DNA of 63,961 nucleotides, the filler included, from Octopus bimaculoides (taxonomy: Eukaryota): NCBI RefSeq assembly GCF_001194135.2. It is 10 parts of 10 records of this genome, joined end to end, with 100 filler letters (N's around TTAATTAATTAA, not from the genome) between each part and the next. Parts side by side here need not be neighbours in the genome. Positions count along the whole stretch, not along the records: positions 1 to 11,228 come from NC_069000.1; 9 more parts are not named here. The stretch is one strand, 5' to 3'. Below are positions 1-11,328 of this stretch, piece after piece; position 1 is the first letter of the stretch; every line of letters starts with the position of its first letter. The position numbers and the translations under genes were made by a program. The notes under the pieces are model-generated. The model did no database searches. It worked only from the letters and a program-made list of their open reading frames with translations, and had not been told where the DNA came from.

Positions 1-71
1 GAGTATTTTGCTAAGATTGTTAACAGATACTATATTCTTTTGCCAAATCTTTGGTGTAAAAAATATATTTA

Positions 72-106
<35 letters not shown>

Positions 107-112
<6 letters not shown>

Positions 113-270
113 CTTCTTTCAGTTTCCTTCTACCGAATCCACTCACAAGGCTTTGACTGGCTCAAGGCTCTAGTGGAAGACAGCTTCCCAAGGTGTCACA
201 CAGTGGAACTGAACCTGGAACCAAGTGGTTGAGAAGCAAGCTTCTTACCACACAGTCACACCTGCACCTA
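107..270 (-). mobile_element. SINE family A (tRNA-like head), near full 5' module
   Basis: Reverse complement reads GCAGGTGTGACTGTGTGGTAAGAAG...GGTTCCAGGTTCAGTTCCACTGTG...GAAACTGAAAGAAGGCC. The same ~160-bp module recurs at 6745, 24226, 26544, 29697, 34458 and 51499, usually abutting (TA/CA)n. Confidence 0.85.
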
Positions 271-443
271 TAATAAAAAAACAGGAAAATGATATTTGCA
301 TCAAATCAGGGAAGCAGTAATTGAGATTACATATGTGATGATAGGTTAAACTTGAGTGTCTATAATATCATATCATACAAACCAATTTACGACATGCTTT
401 GACAATTTATACTATCTTTAAGCATTCAGTACACATTAGGACA

Positions 444-904
444 GACACCTAGCCAGAGAAACCATGCCAAAGATTGCATTGAAGCTCAACACAGTCCTGC
501 AACTCATCAGATCCTGTTAAACTCTCAAGTCCAGCCAGCATGGAAAACAGATATCAAATAATGAGGAGCATGAGGAATTGAGCACTGAGGATTGCTGAGA
601 ACTATTAAATAGTGCAAAATATTATCAAAGGTTTTTCAAATGAAGACCTTATTGGTGTTTTTAAGACTGGCATGAGGATGGACATCTAGCCAAAGAAACC
701 ACGCTAAAGTTGACATTGGAGCTTGACACAGTCATGTACTCATCAGCTTCTGTCAAACTGTCCAGTCCATGTCAGCATGGAAAACGGACATCAGATAATG
801 ATGAGGAGGAATCGAATATTCAGGCTTGCTGAGAACTTCTATTAAATAGTGCTAAATATGTTCAAAGGTATTTCGGTGAAGATCATATTGATGCTTTTAA
901 GAGA
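444..904 (+). repeat. Diverged tandem duplication, ~237-bp period
   Basis: GACACCTAGCCAGAGAAACC at 444 vs GACATCTAGCCAAAGAAACC at 681. Both units contain CAGCATGGAAAAC (RTE-tail-like) and GCTGAGAAC..TATTAAATAGTGC.AAATAT. Confidence 0.75.
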
Positions 905-2370
905 GTGTAATCTGAGGCAAATTGGCTACTATTTATGACATTTGAGCAACCATGTAGAGGTTTCATTGTTTTCAATTAGAGCTGACCTGGGGCTGCACAT
1001 CAACAATGACCTTTTGATTGACCATCTTTGATCTTCTTATGTGTTATGTATGTGTGTGTCTGTGTGTTCACGTGTGTAACATTTATTCTAATCTTATTCG
1101 ATATTAGCTTGCAGTACAGTCCTATAAGAACTAATTTGTTGTATAATGCTGTGTGCACAAATATCATTTTCTACTCACTTTTTAATATCTTGAAATACAA
1201 AAGTGACAGAAGAAGTAGTTGAAATCCTGCCAGTTTTAATGCTGCGTTGTAATCTTCCTAATTACTGTTGTTTAGCCTGAAATTTGCTTGGTCAAAAGGC
1301 ATTTCAAATGTGACCATCTTGACATTTTTTTGCTTTCCAAACACAATACATCTAGGATCACATTATCCAGTGTATCCCATTTCTTCACTAAAGACTGTAG
1401 AAGTAATTTGGCTGGTATTTCTAGCAGGACAAGCAACTATGAAGAGACCCCCACATCTACAGCACCTTTCAGTCTTGTTGTTGTTTAATCTTAGGTTAAC
1501 CCTAACCAAGCAGACGTATAATCGAAGACATTCCAGTCATGATCGTCCAACAAGATATAGTTCCAAAGGTGAACTACAATATCTTGTGTCTTTCTTTTTT
1601 AAAGAGAGAAATTTGGCTACTATTTCTAGCAAGTCAAGTGATCACTTAGAGCCCCATCTCCCTCTTTATGCAGCATCCTTCCTAATAATACTGAGATCAA
1701 TTCAATAGACTGCAAGGGGTAGCTATTGTAAAACTGTCAGAGTTCTGACATGAAGTACAATAAGAAAGTCTTTCCATGATCGTTTGACCTGACAGAAAAC
1801 AGCTGCCAAAACTTACCTCAAATAACACCCTAACATCTTAAATATGGAAAAATACATCAGATGATATATTCTCTAATATGCATACAAAAAAATGGGGTAG
1901 TCAAAGCTGGAATAATTTTTATCATAGGTCTGCTCAATCAAGGGTGACCTAGGTATAAAGAACAACAACCAAAGGGCTTAAATGATATTGCATGGTTTGA
2001 GGTTGTGTGGTATGTTGCCATGATTAAATCATGGTCATACAATCTGATGGATGGTGATGGCTTGAGCACAGACATCAATCCTATTGTACTGCGCATTGAG
2101 TATATGTCTTCTACCATAGACTCAGAATGACCACCTGGCTCTTGAGAGCATTTAGTAGAGTTCACTCTGTTGCCAACATTCTGGCCTTCATCCAACTAAT
2201 CTCAAAATCCTAAAAATATCCTAAAAATGCATGCAAGGCAGTGCTCCAGCATGGCCGCAGTCAAATGACTGAAACAAGTAAAAGAGTAAAATGTTTGTCC
2301 AAGAATGTTACAATATAAGTCCTTTGTCAACCTTGGTTATTGACTGAGCATTCCATGCTGGTCTCTAATC

Positions 2371-2756
2371 ATGGCAGGAACCTATGGATCGAGTAGAGCT
2401 AGGAAGATGTGGGACGAGTTGGTGAAATATGATCTTCAGTTGTTGAGTTTCACACAGGCAATGACAAGTGATCGAGACTTTTGGCAACTTGCTGTGCTTG
2501 AAAAGGCATGTCAAGCTAACTGAATTCTGGTCATTGCCAGTGCCAATGATGCATAAAAGGTATCCATACATAAAAGACACCCATGCTGGTGACACGTCAA
2601 AAGCGTCCAGTACACTCTGTAATGTGGTTGGCATCAAGAAGGGCATCCAGCTGTAGAAACCAAAGCTAAGACAGATGAATGGAGTCTGGTGCAAGTCTCT
2701 GGCTTACTAGTCCCAGTCAAACCGACTAAATGATGATGATGATGATGATGATGATG
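2371..2756 (+). mobile_element. RTE-clade LINE 3' end (ORF2 C-terminus, 3'UTR, (GAT)n tail)
   Basis: 2371-2523 translates MAGTYGSSRARKMWDELVKYDLQLLSFTQAMTSDRDFWQLAVLEKACQAN*, matching the RTE C-terminal pattern GRPRKTW.E.V..DL......DR..W. It ends in (GAT)n at ~2731-2756. Confidence 0.8.
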
Positions 2757-3249
2757 TATCATTTAAATTTGAATTAATTATATTCTGTGAACTTTATTTC
2801 AGTCTCTTGAAAACAGTTTACTGTTGATAAAAGATATGGAATTTCGAAAAAAAAAAAAAAAACGTTTCCACAAATTTCTAAAAAAAAAAAAGATCTAAAA
2901 AAAGCTGGGGAAAGACGTATTTATTTTTTAACAAGGTGGTTAACCGTATGTAATTGACAATAATCTATCTTTGCATTAATCCTTCTGTACTATCAACATT
3001 TAGCAGATTAACAAGCATTATACAAATCTCACCCTGAAGCTAACACTTTTCACCATCATCACAGTTCCAAAGCAAGTTTGAGACTCTGACAATCCGCCAA
3101 CATAGTCACTTATCATTTCATTTCATAATCGTTGAATAAGATCTAAATTATTGGGCGTGGCCAATACACTGTGAAGCCATTTGCATTGTTACTTGCACCC
3201 AACAGCAGACCCCTAGGTTTTCTCCTGCTTTATAAGAAACAGCTTAATA

Positions 3250-3304
3250 ATGGAGATATTTCGTTTTGGTGTTTTTGTTACAGTGCTCTGTGCCTATTTG
3301 GTTG
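3250..3304 (+). CDS. Candidate first coding exon encoding a signal-peptide-like sequence
   Basis: aataATGG context, then MEIFRFGVFVTVLCAYLV + G, then the donor TTG|GTAAGT (phase 1). An alternative reading is a 21-nt microexon 3284-3304 after TTTTTGTTACAG. Confidence 0.4.
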
Positions 3305-3383
3305 GTAAGTGTTTCCGATCCTTGTCCCAAATAATTTTACTCACCATCTCCTCCTGTGCTTCACATGTTACTAATTTTACCAG

Positions 3384-3431
3384 GTGGTCATTGTTATGTT
3401 TCTTAAATTGAAGAAATGAGAGACAGATGGA
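3384..3431 (+). CDS. Candidate second exon (48 nt, phase 1-1) containing an in-frame TAA
   Basis: A 79-nt intron with TACTAAT branch-like site and TTTTACCAG| acceptor precedes it, and GGA|GTATGA follows it. It reads (G)GHCYVS*IEEMRDRW. Confidence 0.35.
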
Positions 3432-3638
3432 GTATGAGAAAATTTGTTTCTCTGTTATTGAATATGTACAGAGTTGTGTGTGTGTGTGCGTTTGTGTGAT
3501 TTGTAGTTTGTACCTGATGAATATGCTTGAGGTATTTCTCAACATATTAAAACATGTATTGTGTCTATTAAATAATATTTATCTCTCACCAAATGGAGAA
3601 CTTTTTTTTGTTGATCTTACCATCACGGAACTGTACAT

Positions 3639-3671
<33 letters not shown>

Positions 3672-4772
3672 ATATAGTGTTTTTGTGTGTATCTTTAATG
3701 TGTTCATGTAATTGAACTGTTTATTTTTGTGTGTGCATGTGATATCAAGTTCATATGTATATTGGCTTGTAGATGTATAGTTTTTACAATAAGATGACTA
3801 TATGTAGCTATGTATGTCAAGAATATTAACTGGATGTATGTGCACAGTTTATGTGCATCTGAGTACAGTGGTATCACGTGTTGTCATTTATGTGTACAAT
3901 TCCTGTTTCATTTATCTGTTTTGCTATTGTTGATAATCACAAGTTGTCCATATGATCGAAAGCATTCCAGTTATGACTACCTCATGTTTTTACTAAGTAT
4001 AATGTATCTAGAACTATAGTATCCAATCTTCAACTATAAAATAGCTACTTTTCCATACAAGCCAAATAAAGAGTATCTTAAGCCAATAAGAGAATCTCTG
4101 TATCAGAGTTCACAAACTTTTTCATTCCACTTATCCCCTGACAACTTTTTTTCAAAAATAAATTGACCCCTTTCCCTTGAGTTTGGTTTGGCAATTTGAG
4201 TTTATACTTACACCATAATAAAACAACAAAGAGAGAGGAAATTTAAAATACTGTTTCTAAATATGTGTATTTCGAGTTCAAATGCCATATAGATCATTTA
4301 ATCCAAATAGGCCTACTTCAAATTTTTTCCTAACTTCAGAATTTAAAAAATATATATACAAATATTTGCAAATATTTACAAAAATTATTTATAAACCGAG
4401 AATCAGTAAATTTACCCCATTACTAAGTGAAATTTATCCCAGTTTCAGAACCTCTGTTGTATATAGTTGCTATTGTGTAATTTCAGTCCAACTTTTATCA
4501 AGCCGACCTATAACCAAACATATTCCAGCCATGACCATCTTGTCTTTTTAGGACCATGTAAAACTACACTATCTAGTATGTCCTTTCCTTATTTAAGGCA
4601 GTAGGGTATGATTTGAGGAAAATTTGGCTGCTATCTTAACACATCAAGTGACCATGAAGAGATCCCCTAATTGGTTCAACTTCATACCGCTATTTGATCT
4701 GATAGAAAAATATCTCCTTCACAAAACAAGCAACCATTTTTTTTTTAAATTAAAGGATGTTTTCAGTAATGT

Positions 4773-5075
4773 TGTTGGCACTCTGTCGGTAACGACGTCG
4801 AAGGTTCCAGTTGTACTCTTAACGTAGTTCTCGGGGATATTCAGCGTGACAAGGCTGGCCCCTTTGAATTACAGGCACAACAGAAACAGGAAGTAAGAGT
4901 GAGAGAAAGTTGTGATGAAAAAGTACAGCAGGGTTCGCCACCATACCCTGCCGGAGCCTCGTGGAGCTTTAGGTGTTTTCGCTCAATAAACACTCACAAC
5001 GCCCAGTCTGGGAATCGAAACCGCGATCCTATGACCGCGAGTCCGCTGCCCTAACCACTGGGCCATTGCGCCTCC
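4773..5075 (-). mobile_element. SINE family C (tRNA-derived), internally deleted copy with 12-bp TSD
   Basis: Minus-strand head GGAGGCGCAATGGCCCAGTGGTTAGGGCAGCGGACTCGCGG with A/B-box-like motifs. TTTCAGTAATGT occurs at 4761-4772 and 5078-5089. It lacks ~70 bp present in the 12224-12613 copy. Confidence 0.9.
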
Positions 5076-5332
5076 ACTTTCAGTAATGTAATCCTAAAAT
5101 AAAAGACTGGATAGTTATGGCTGGAACGCCTTTGATCATTGGTGTCTTATACAGGTGATGGTCTCATTGATATATAGAAATACCATGTCCCTGAAAAAAG
5201 ATGGGATGGTCAGTGCTGGAATGCTTTTGATTAAAGGGTTGCTCAGTTAGTTCTAATCAACATCAACAGTAACAACACCTCATTGCACACAAATATAAAT
5301 ACACTCTACACCAGCTTGTACACCATACACAA

Positions 5333-5530
5333 TGTCCAATTCCTACCGGGAATGTCTAATTCCTGAAATGTCCAATTCCAGAAATGTCCAATTCCTGCCA
5401 GGAAATACATTGTGACCCATAAGCAAAGAACATAACCATTCCACTGAACTTACCAACTATATACCACTGAACTTATGAACTTTATACCAGTATATGACAC
5501 TGAACTTACACACTATATACCACTGAACAT
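5333..5530 (+). repeat. Two short minisatellites (AATGTCCAATTCC core x4; CACTGAACTTA core x4)
   Basis: Direct reading of the repeated cores at 5333-5397 and 5441-5530. Confidence 0.65.
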
Positions 5531-5880
5531 CATTTGACTGATACTAATTCTAATTAACCAAAACATAGATGGAAGGCTAAGTCAACCTAAGCAGAACTGG
5601 AAATCAGAATTTAGAGGGATATGACTAAATAGCACAAAACAAGTTATTTTGTCTGATGCTCTACTGATTTTACTTTCCACTACTATGGAGGTGTCTTTAG
5701 AAGGATTTCTATGAAAATTTCAACCAAGTTTTAATTATTTCAAAATGGGTACAGATAAACACTCTTTTTCTCCTTTGCCATCAACTACTACCTATCTGTC
5801 TGTTTACTCATCTATCTATTTATCTATCTATCTGTCTGTCTGTCTGTCTGTCTATTCCTTCCCTCACTTTATTTCTCCCT

Positions 5881-5933
<53 letters not shown>

Positions 5934-6449
5934 CAGGGTGTTATTGGGCTTTAGATAACTGAATTGTTAAACTACAGCAGTCGACCCGATTATTGAAAAG
6001 GTGTTGAAATGCCTGGAGTTAAGGTGAGGGATTAGAGCAGACAGTAATATTGAAAAAAGAAAAAATTAAATAAAATGAAAAAAAAAAAAAAACACAGATT
6101 AGCTGGGTGGAAAGCTTTTAAACAATGTGTAGCTGATGGTATTTAGATGATAAACTATGGCATTTTAAAAAACTCTTTATTGTCTGTTTCATTTTAGAGT
6201 TGAAGACAAGGAAGTGGGTTCAGATTAACTGATGTATAATTACGAATGTAAAGTTTTACTTGTCAAAAGATCTGAAGCACAATTATCTACAAACTTATTT
6301 TCATCAGAAATCAAGTTCCTTATTATATGAAAGATAAAATGTCGTCATCGTCCGGAGTTGGTAGCAGTGGTGGAGACAATGGCAGTGTTGGCAGTAGCGG
6401 TGGCAGTTGTAGTGGTGACAGCAGCAGTGGCATCATCGTCGTCATATTC

Positions 6450-6640
6450 ATCATCATCATCATCATTTAAAGTCCATTTTCTATGCTGGCATGGGTTGGA
6501 CTGTTTGACAAGAGCTGGCAAACCAGAAGGCTGCGTAAAACTCTGTTCTCTGTTATCTGTTTTAGCATGGTTTCTATGATCAGATGCCCTCCCTAATACC
6601 AAAATGCTAACCACTTTACGGAATGTACTGGTTGCTTTAT
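6450..6640 (-). mobile_element. RTE-type 3' tail fragment with (GAT)n
   Basis: Plus strand (ATC)n-TTTAAAGTCCATTTTCTATGCTGGCATGGGTTGGACTGTTTGAC is the reverse complement of the RTE 3' end family seen at 2600-2756. Confidence 0.7.
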
Positions 6641-6744
6641 TCATGGCACCATCACAGACAGGGTCATCCAAGTACCTTGCAGGACAAAACAAAGTCCCCT
6701 TGATATAGGAGAATAGTATTGCAAGAGGTAGCTACATTCCAGTT

Positions 6745-6900
6745 GATATGGCTGTGTGATAAGAATCTTGCTTCCCAACTACATGGTTCCAGGTTCAGTT
6801 CCACTGCATGTCACCTTGGGCTAGTGTCTTCTACTATAGCCTCAAGCTGACCAAAGCCTTGTGAATGGATTTGGTAGATAGAAAATGAAAGAAGCGTGTT
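6745..6900 (+). mobile_element. SINE family A
   Basis: ATGGCTGTGTGATAAGAATCTTGCTTCCCAACTACATGGTTCCAGGTTCAG...GAAAATGAAAGAAGC, followed by (TG)n(TA)n. Confidence 0.85.
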
Positions 6901-6905
6901 GTATA

Positions 6906-6949
<44 letters not shown>

Positions 6950-7689
6950 CAAACACACACACACATATATATACATACACACATATATGTATATATNNNN
7001 NNNNNNNNNNNNNNNNNNNNNNNNNNNNNNNNNNNNNNNNNNNNNNNNNNNNNNNNNNNNNNNNNNNNNNNNNNNNNNNNNNNNNNNNNNNNNNNNNNNN
7101 NNNNNNNNNNNNNNNNNNNNNNNNNNNNNNNNNNNNNNNNNNNNNNNNNNNNNNNNNNNNNNNNNNNNNNNNNNNNNNNNNNNNNNNNNNNNNNNNNNNN
7201 NNNNNNNNNNNNNNNNNNNNNNNNNNNNNNNNNNNNNNNNNNNNNNNNNNNNNNNNNNNNNNNNNNNNNNNNNNNNNNNNNNNNNNNNNNNNNNNNNNNN
7301 NNAGGTTTTCTTCAATTTCACATAATATGATTTTAAAGCTGTCATCATGAATTAGAAAAAAACATTAGTTGAAAGGACCAATGAAAAGAAACCAATTTCA
7401 AATGTGTATCTGTCAATGTAAATTGTATATTGTATACATCCTAACTTTATTTTGTTCCATTCTCAGTCTAAACTGTCCGACAATCAGGAACATGAAACTC
7501 TGAGTAGCAGTTTATTGTGGTGATTTTGTGATGTTTTTGCAGCTTTAATAATAATAAAGCATATTACTCTATCTCCGGTATTTGAGTACTATTTTTTCCC
7601 ACCTTGTTTCACATTTATGTGCTTACTTTGGTGTAACCTGCTCCTTTTTAAGAAAGTTTGAGCGAACCTACACAAGTAAGAAGAAGAAA

Positions 7690-8570
7690 CAACTGGAAAA
7701 AATGGAGCTCTACCTGTTGGATTTTTCTTTGAAAAATATATCTATCCCGATGTAGAAGCGATACCTCAAAAGCCTTATTGAAAAGAATAGAAGATTTTAT
7801 CCGCTGAATGAGATGGCAAGCTTACTTGCCATCTCATTCATCAGATAAGATTTTCATAAACTCCGATAGAACAAGAAATTTAAACACGGTTGAAAAAGAT
7901 CTTTACAAATGACTCCTTTTGAATTGCATTACTGACACCGACAAAAGATAACATGAACTTATATAAAGAGGAGAATATCAAAGCAAGAAGGATCATTAAC
8001 AACCTTAAAGTTAGTGATAGGATAGAATACCTTCCCCCACACTATCCTTTTATTATCCTTAAGGACTATAAAGCTAATTTTTGTAGAAACATTAAATGTA
8101 GACTTATCAACCTACCTAAAACAGAAATAGGTATTATTAGTAAGAATATTTTAGATTCTATTTTAAACAAGTTAAAAAGAGAATTAAATTAATGGATTTG
8201 GGGAAATAGTAAGTCAGTTATAGATTGGTTCAAGCGAATTAGCCATAAATGTAACTGCAAATTTACATAGTTCAATACTATTGATTTTTACCCATCAACA
8301 TCTAGACCTTTATTTCTTAAAGCATTAGACTTTGCCAAGCAATACGCTACTATCGACAGCTCGGATATTGATATTATCCTGCATGCAAGGAAATCTCTCC
8401 TTTTTACAATGATTCCACCTGGGTCAAAAAGAGCATGAATTCTTTATTCAATATGCCAATGGGGGCTTATGATGGGGTGGAGTTATGTATGCTTACAGGA
8501 GCCTATATTTTACATCACCTGCATCTGGAATTCCCTTTTATAGACGCAGGATTATCCAGGGATAATACTA
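7690..8570 (+). pseudogene. Penelope-like element reverse transcriptase, decayed
   Basis: Frames give KCRLINLPKTEIGIISKNILD, IDFYPS..LFLKALDFAK, HARKSLLF, WVKK...FNMPMGAYDGVELC and GLSRDN (degenerate GLYRDD). Several stops and frameshifts are present. Confidence 0.8.
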
Positions 8571-8589
8571 ATCTTTAGTTAATATACTA

Positions 8590-9125
8590 GAGTGATCTTT
8601 AACTAATATATTATAGTGACCTTTATCTAACATCAGTGTGACTTTTATCAAGTATATCAGTATGACCTTCAATTAAAATAATTGTGTGACTTTCATCTAA
8701 CATAGCATAATCTTTAACATATCAATGTGACCTTTGCCTTTCATGTCAATGTGACCTTTGCCTAACATATAAGTATGACCTTCATCTAACATATTAATGT
8801 ACCTCTGATTAACATATGTAACTATAATTTAATATAATGAAGTGACCTTCAGCTATCTATCTGTGTGACCTTCACTTATCTTAGCGTGACCTGTAAATAA
8901 TTTATCACTGTGACCTTCAACTATTACTAATAAGTTTGTGACCTTCACATATATATATAGATGCTGTTTGTTGGAGATCATATTACTACAAACTTCAGCT
9001 ATCCCATCAATGTGACTGTCAGCCATTATATCAAAATGGCTGTCAATCATCATCTCAACATGACCTTCAACACACACCAATCTCCTATCAATGGGTCAAA
9101 ATGACCTTCAGCTATCATGACCTTT
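8590..9125 (+). repeat. Degenerate ~20-28-bp-period array with conserved TGACCT(T) core
   Basis: 13 exact TGACCT on one strand (about 8617, 8663, 8728, 8752, 8776, 8843, 8866, 8887, 8911, 8939, 9061, 9102, 9118) plus in-register variants, with divergent linkers. Confidence 0.8.
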
Positions 9126-9129
9126 CACC

Positions 9130-9660
9130 TGTAAGACATTTATGCTAGTGATTTGTTCTGTACTCTTTACTGCTTACTAACACTTTCACTTTTGGTTCAT
9201 TTACTGTAAGGCCTCTTGATTCTAGTTTTGCATCTAAGTTTGGAACTGTTGTTCTAACTATTCAATTGCTTCAGTTACGAGATCTTGGTTGTTAGTGTTC
9301 AGGAGTCTCCATAAACAGCCTGTTTTTAGCCTTTCTGTCTTGGAGAACTATAAAAAAAGAAAAATAGGTTAAGAACTAAGTCTTCAGTGGCACACACATG
9401 CATGCTAAATTCCTTGATGAACTTATTAGTGCTTGTCATGCTAACAGCACCCACTCTGCATTGCTTGTATGATTCTCAAAAGCCATTCACCTATATCTGG
9501 TTTTCTTAACAACTACCAGGCACCAGAGTGAGAAACTCCATCAATAGCCTTCTCTAGGTCAATGAATGCAAACTGTAATGGTTTGCTTTCATTTAAGAAC
9601 TTCTCTTGTAATGATCTCATTAAGAAAAGGGCATTGATTCAGACTCAAACTGCATCTCAT
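9130..9660 (-). pseudogene. RTE-clade LINE reverse transcriptase fragment, decayed
   Basis: Minus strand gives DEMQF...ALFLMRSLQEKFLNESKPLQFAFIDLEKAIDGV, then KTGCLWRLL (cf. GCPWELLYADD) and ESRGLTVN...KVLVS. Confidence 0.8.
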
Positions 9661-9784
9661 CTAAGCTAATTCTCTTTTTAATTTTCTGTGCTGCATAACA
9701 CTTTTTTTTAACACCTTCATTAAAATATATTTTAACATTAAAACTCAACTAATACTTTTATAATATTTGTAAGTTTAAAGACAG

Positions 9785-9990
9785 CGAGCAGGCAGAACTG
9801 TTAGCACACTGGGCAAAGTGCTTAGCAGCATTTTCTTTGTCTTTACATTCTGAGTTCAAATTCCACCGAAGTCCACTTTGCCTTTCATCCTTTCATGGTC
9901 AATAAGAGAAGTACCAATTGAACACTGGTTTCAGTGTAATTGATTTACCCCTCACCCCAAAATTGTTGTCCTTGTGCCAATATTTGAAAC
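9785..9990 (+). mobile_element. SINE family B
   Basis: GCGAGCAGGCAGAACTGTTAGCAC...TTCTGAGTTCAAATTCCACCGAAGTCCACTTTGCCTTTCATCC...GTACCA. This module recurs more than 10 times in the window. Confidence 0.85.
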
Positions 9991-11155
9991 CAATATTCGA
10001 AAGTTTAGAAGCTTTTGTTTTTTCTCTATCAAGAATTTAAAGTTATGATTTTAATTTCTTATAACTATAAGTGTGGAAATTTTTTAATTTAGTTAGACGT
10101 TTGCTCTAATTTAAAACTTTGTCGTTCAAATATCTTTAAAACAGTATTGTTGTAAGATATCTAGAAAGTTAGGACAAGACTATGTCTGATGAGACAAAAT
10201 TTATCAAGAAAGTTAGTTACATATTTAAATATCTAAATGTCAGAGTTATATTAATGTGTGTATTTACAATATTTGTCTATTTAGACAATTGACCATATCT
10301 TTAATGGAGATATTCACACTATTTTTATATCTATACTATATTTTGATGATTTCATCTCAAATTGTCATCAGAGGTTTTATTCCTGCATAAAAATGTTCTT
10401 ATCTACTAAAGGTAACTAAACCAGTGGATTCGTGAATATAAACATTACTGTTCTTAGTTTGGAAATGAATGTTTCAGTCTAGGACTATTGATACCTAGGA
10501 ATACGACACCTGGTAATAGTCCAGAGAATTAGAATCATCTCTAATGTATCTCAGCTAATCTATCTGTCTAGTTAGCTATGTGTCTATCTTTCTTTCTGTC
10601 TTCCTCTTTGTCCTTTGCTTTTTTTCTTTTTTTCTTTCTTTCTTCCTTTTGGCATACATTATTGAAGATATACCATATAACTACACATTTATAATCACTT
10701 CTACATAGTCAGAGAAGGAAGGGCAACACCAATGGCCTTTTCCAGAGCCTCCTGTCTTTGATGCTCTGGAATAGAAGGACGAAATCTGAATACTGGCAAC
10801 AGAATAGACACAGCTAAAAGCACTCAAAGGCCAGGTGGTGATGTTAAATATTTCAAAGTTATTTATTTATAATATCAAACTGAATGGTATCTTGGGCAAG
10901 TGCCTTCTACAAAAAACTTTTGAGTTGATCAAGTTTGGTAGATGGAAGCTATGCAGATGCTTGTTCATCTGGGGGTAGACTTTTTAATCTATTGCTCATT
11001 TTAACACCACCTAGCCCTTGGATATCTTCAGCCAAATCTACTCTGTCTCAAGCATTTGATCCAGGTATCTGATCTGAAGATAACTTTCTCCCTTCCTCTA
11101 AGTGGTCCTGAAAAAGAGTTATGGCTGCTGTACTTCCTCCACTAATATATATATA

Positions 11156-11228
<73 letters not shown>

Positions 11229-11272
11229 NNNNNNNNNNNNNNNNNNNNNNNNNNNNNNNNNNNNNNNNNNNN

Positions 11273-11284
11273 TTAATTAATTAA
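11273..11284. other. Assembly spacer TTAATTAATTAA inside a 44N+12+44N gap (artefact; 9 occurrences)
   Basis: Identical 100-bp units at 11273, 20338, 24138, 35546, 45558, 50827, 59106, 60496 and 62457. The 12-mer has stops in all six frames. Confidence 0.95.
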
Positions 11285-11328
11285 NNNNNNNNNNNNNNNN
11301 NNNNNNNNNNNNNNNNNNNNNNNNNNNN

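Noticed and set aside
1980-2195. Possible RTE RT C-terminal relic on the minus strand
   Set aside because: Only weak similarity (GGHSES...IRLYD); too decayed to call.
3150-3240. GC box/CCAAT (GGGCGTGGCCAAT) and TATA-like TTATAAG upstream of the 3250 ATG
   Set aside because: Short motifs occur by chance, and the TATA-like site is too close to the ATG. Not listed as a promoter without TSS data.
8590-9125. Repeat-spacer look of the TGACCT array (CRISPR-like)
   Set aside because: The conserved core is only 6-9 bp, linkers are related to each other, there are no cas genes, and the context is eukaryotic.
9260-9350. Minus-strand exon after the strong acceptor TATTTTTCTTTTTTTATAG
   Set aside because: The sequence translates as decayed RTE reverse transcriptase continuous with 9400-9660.
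11229-11328. Recurrent TTAATTAATTAA palindrome
   Set aside because: It always sits inside identical 44N+12+44N blocks, so it is a scaffolding spacer. Order and orientation across these gaps are uncertain.
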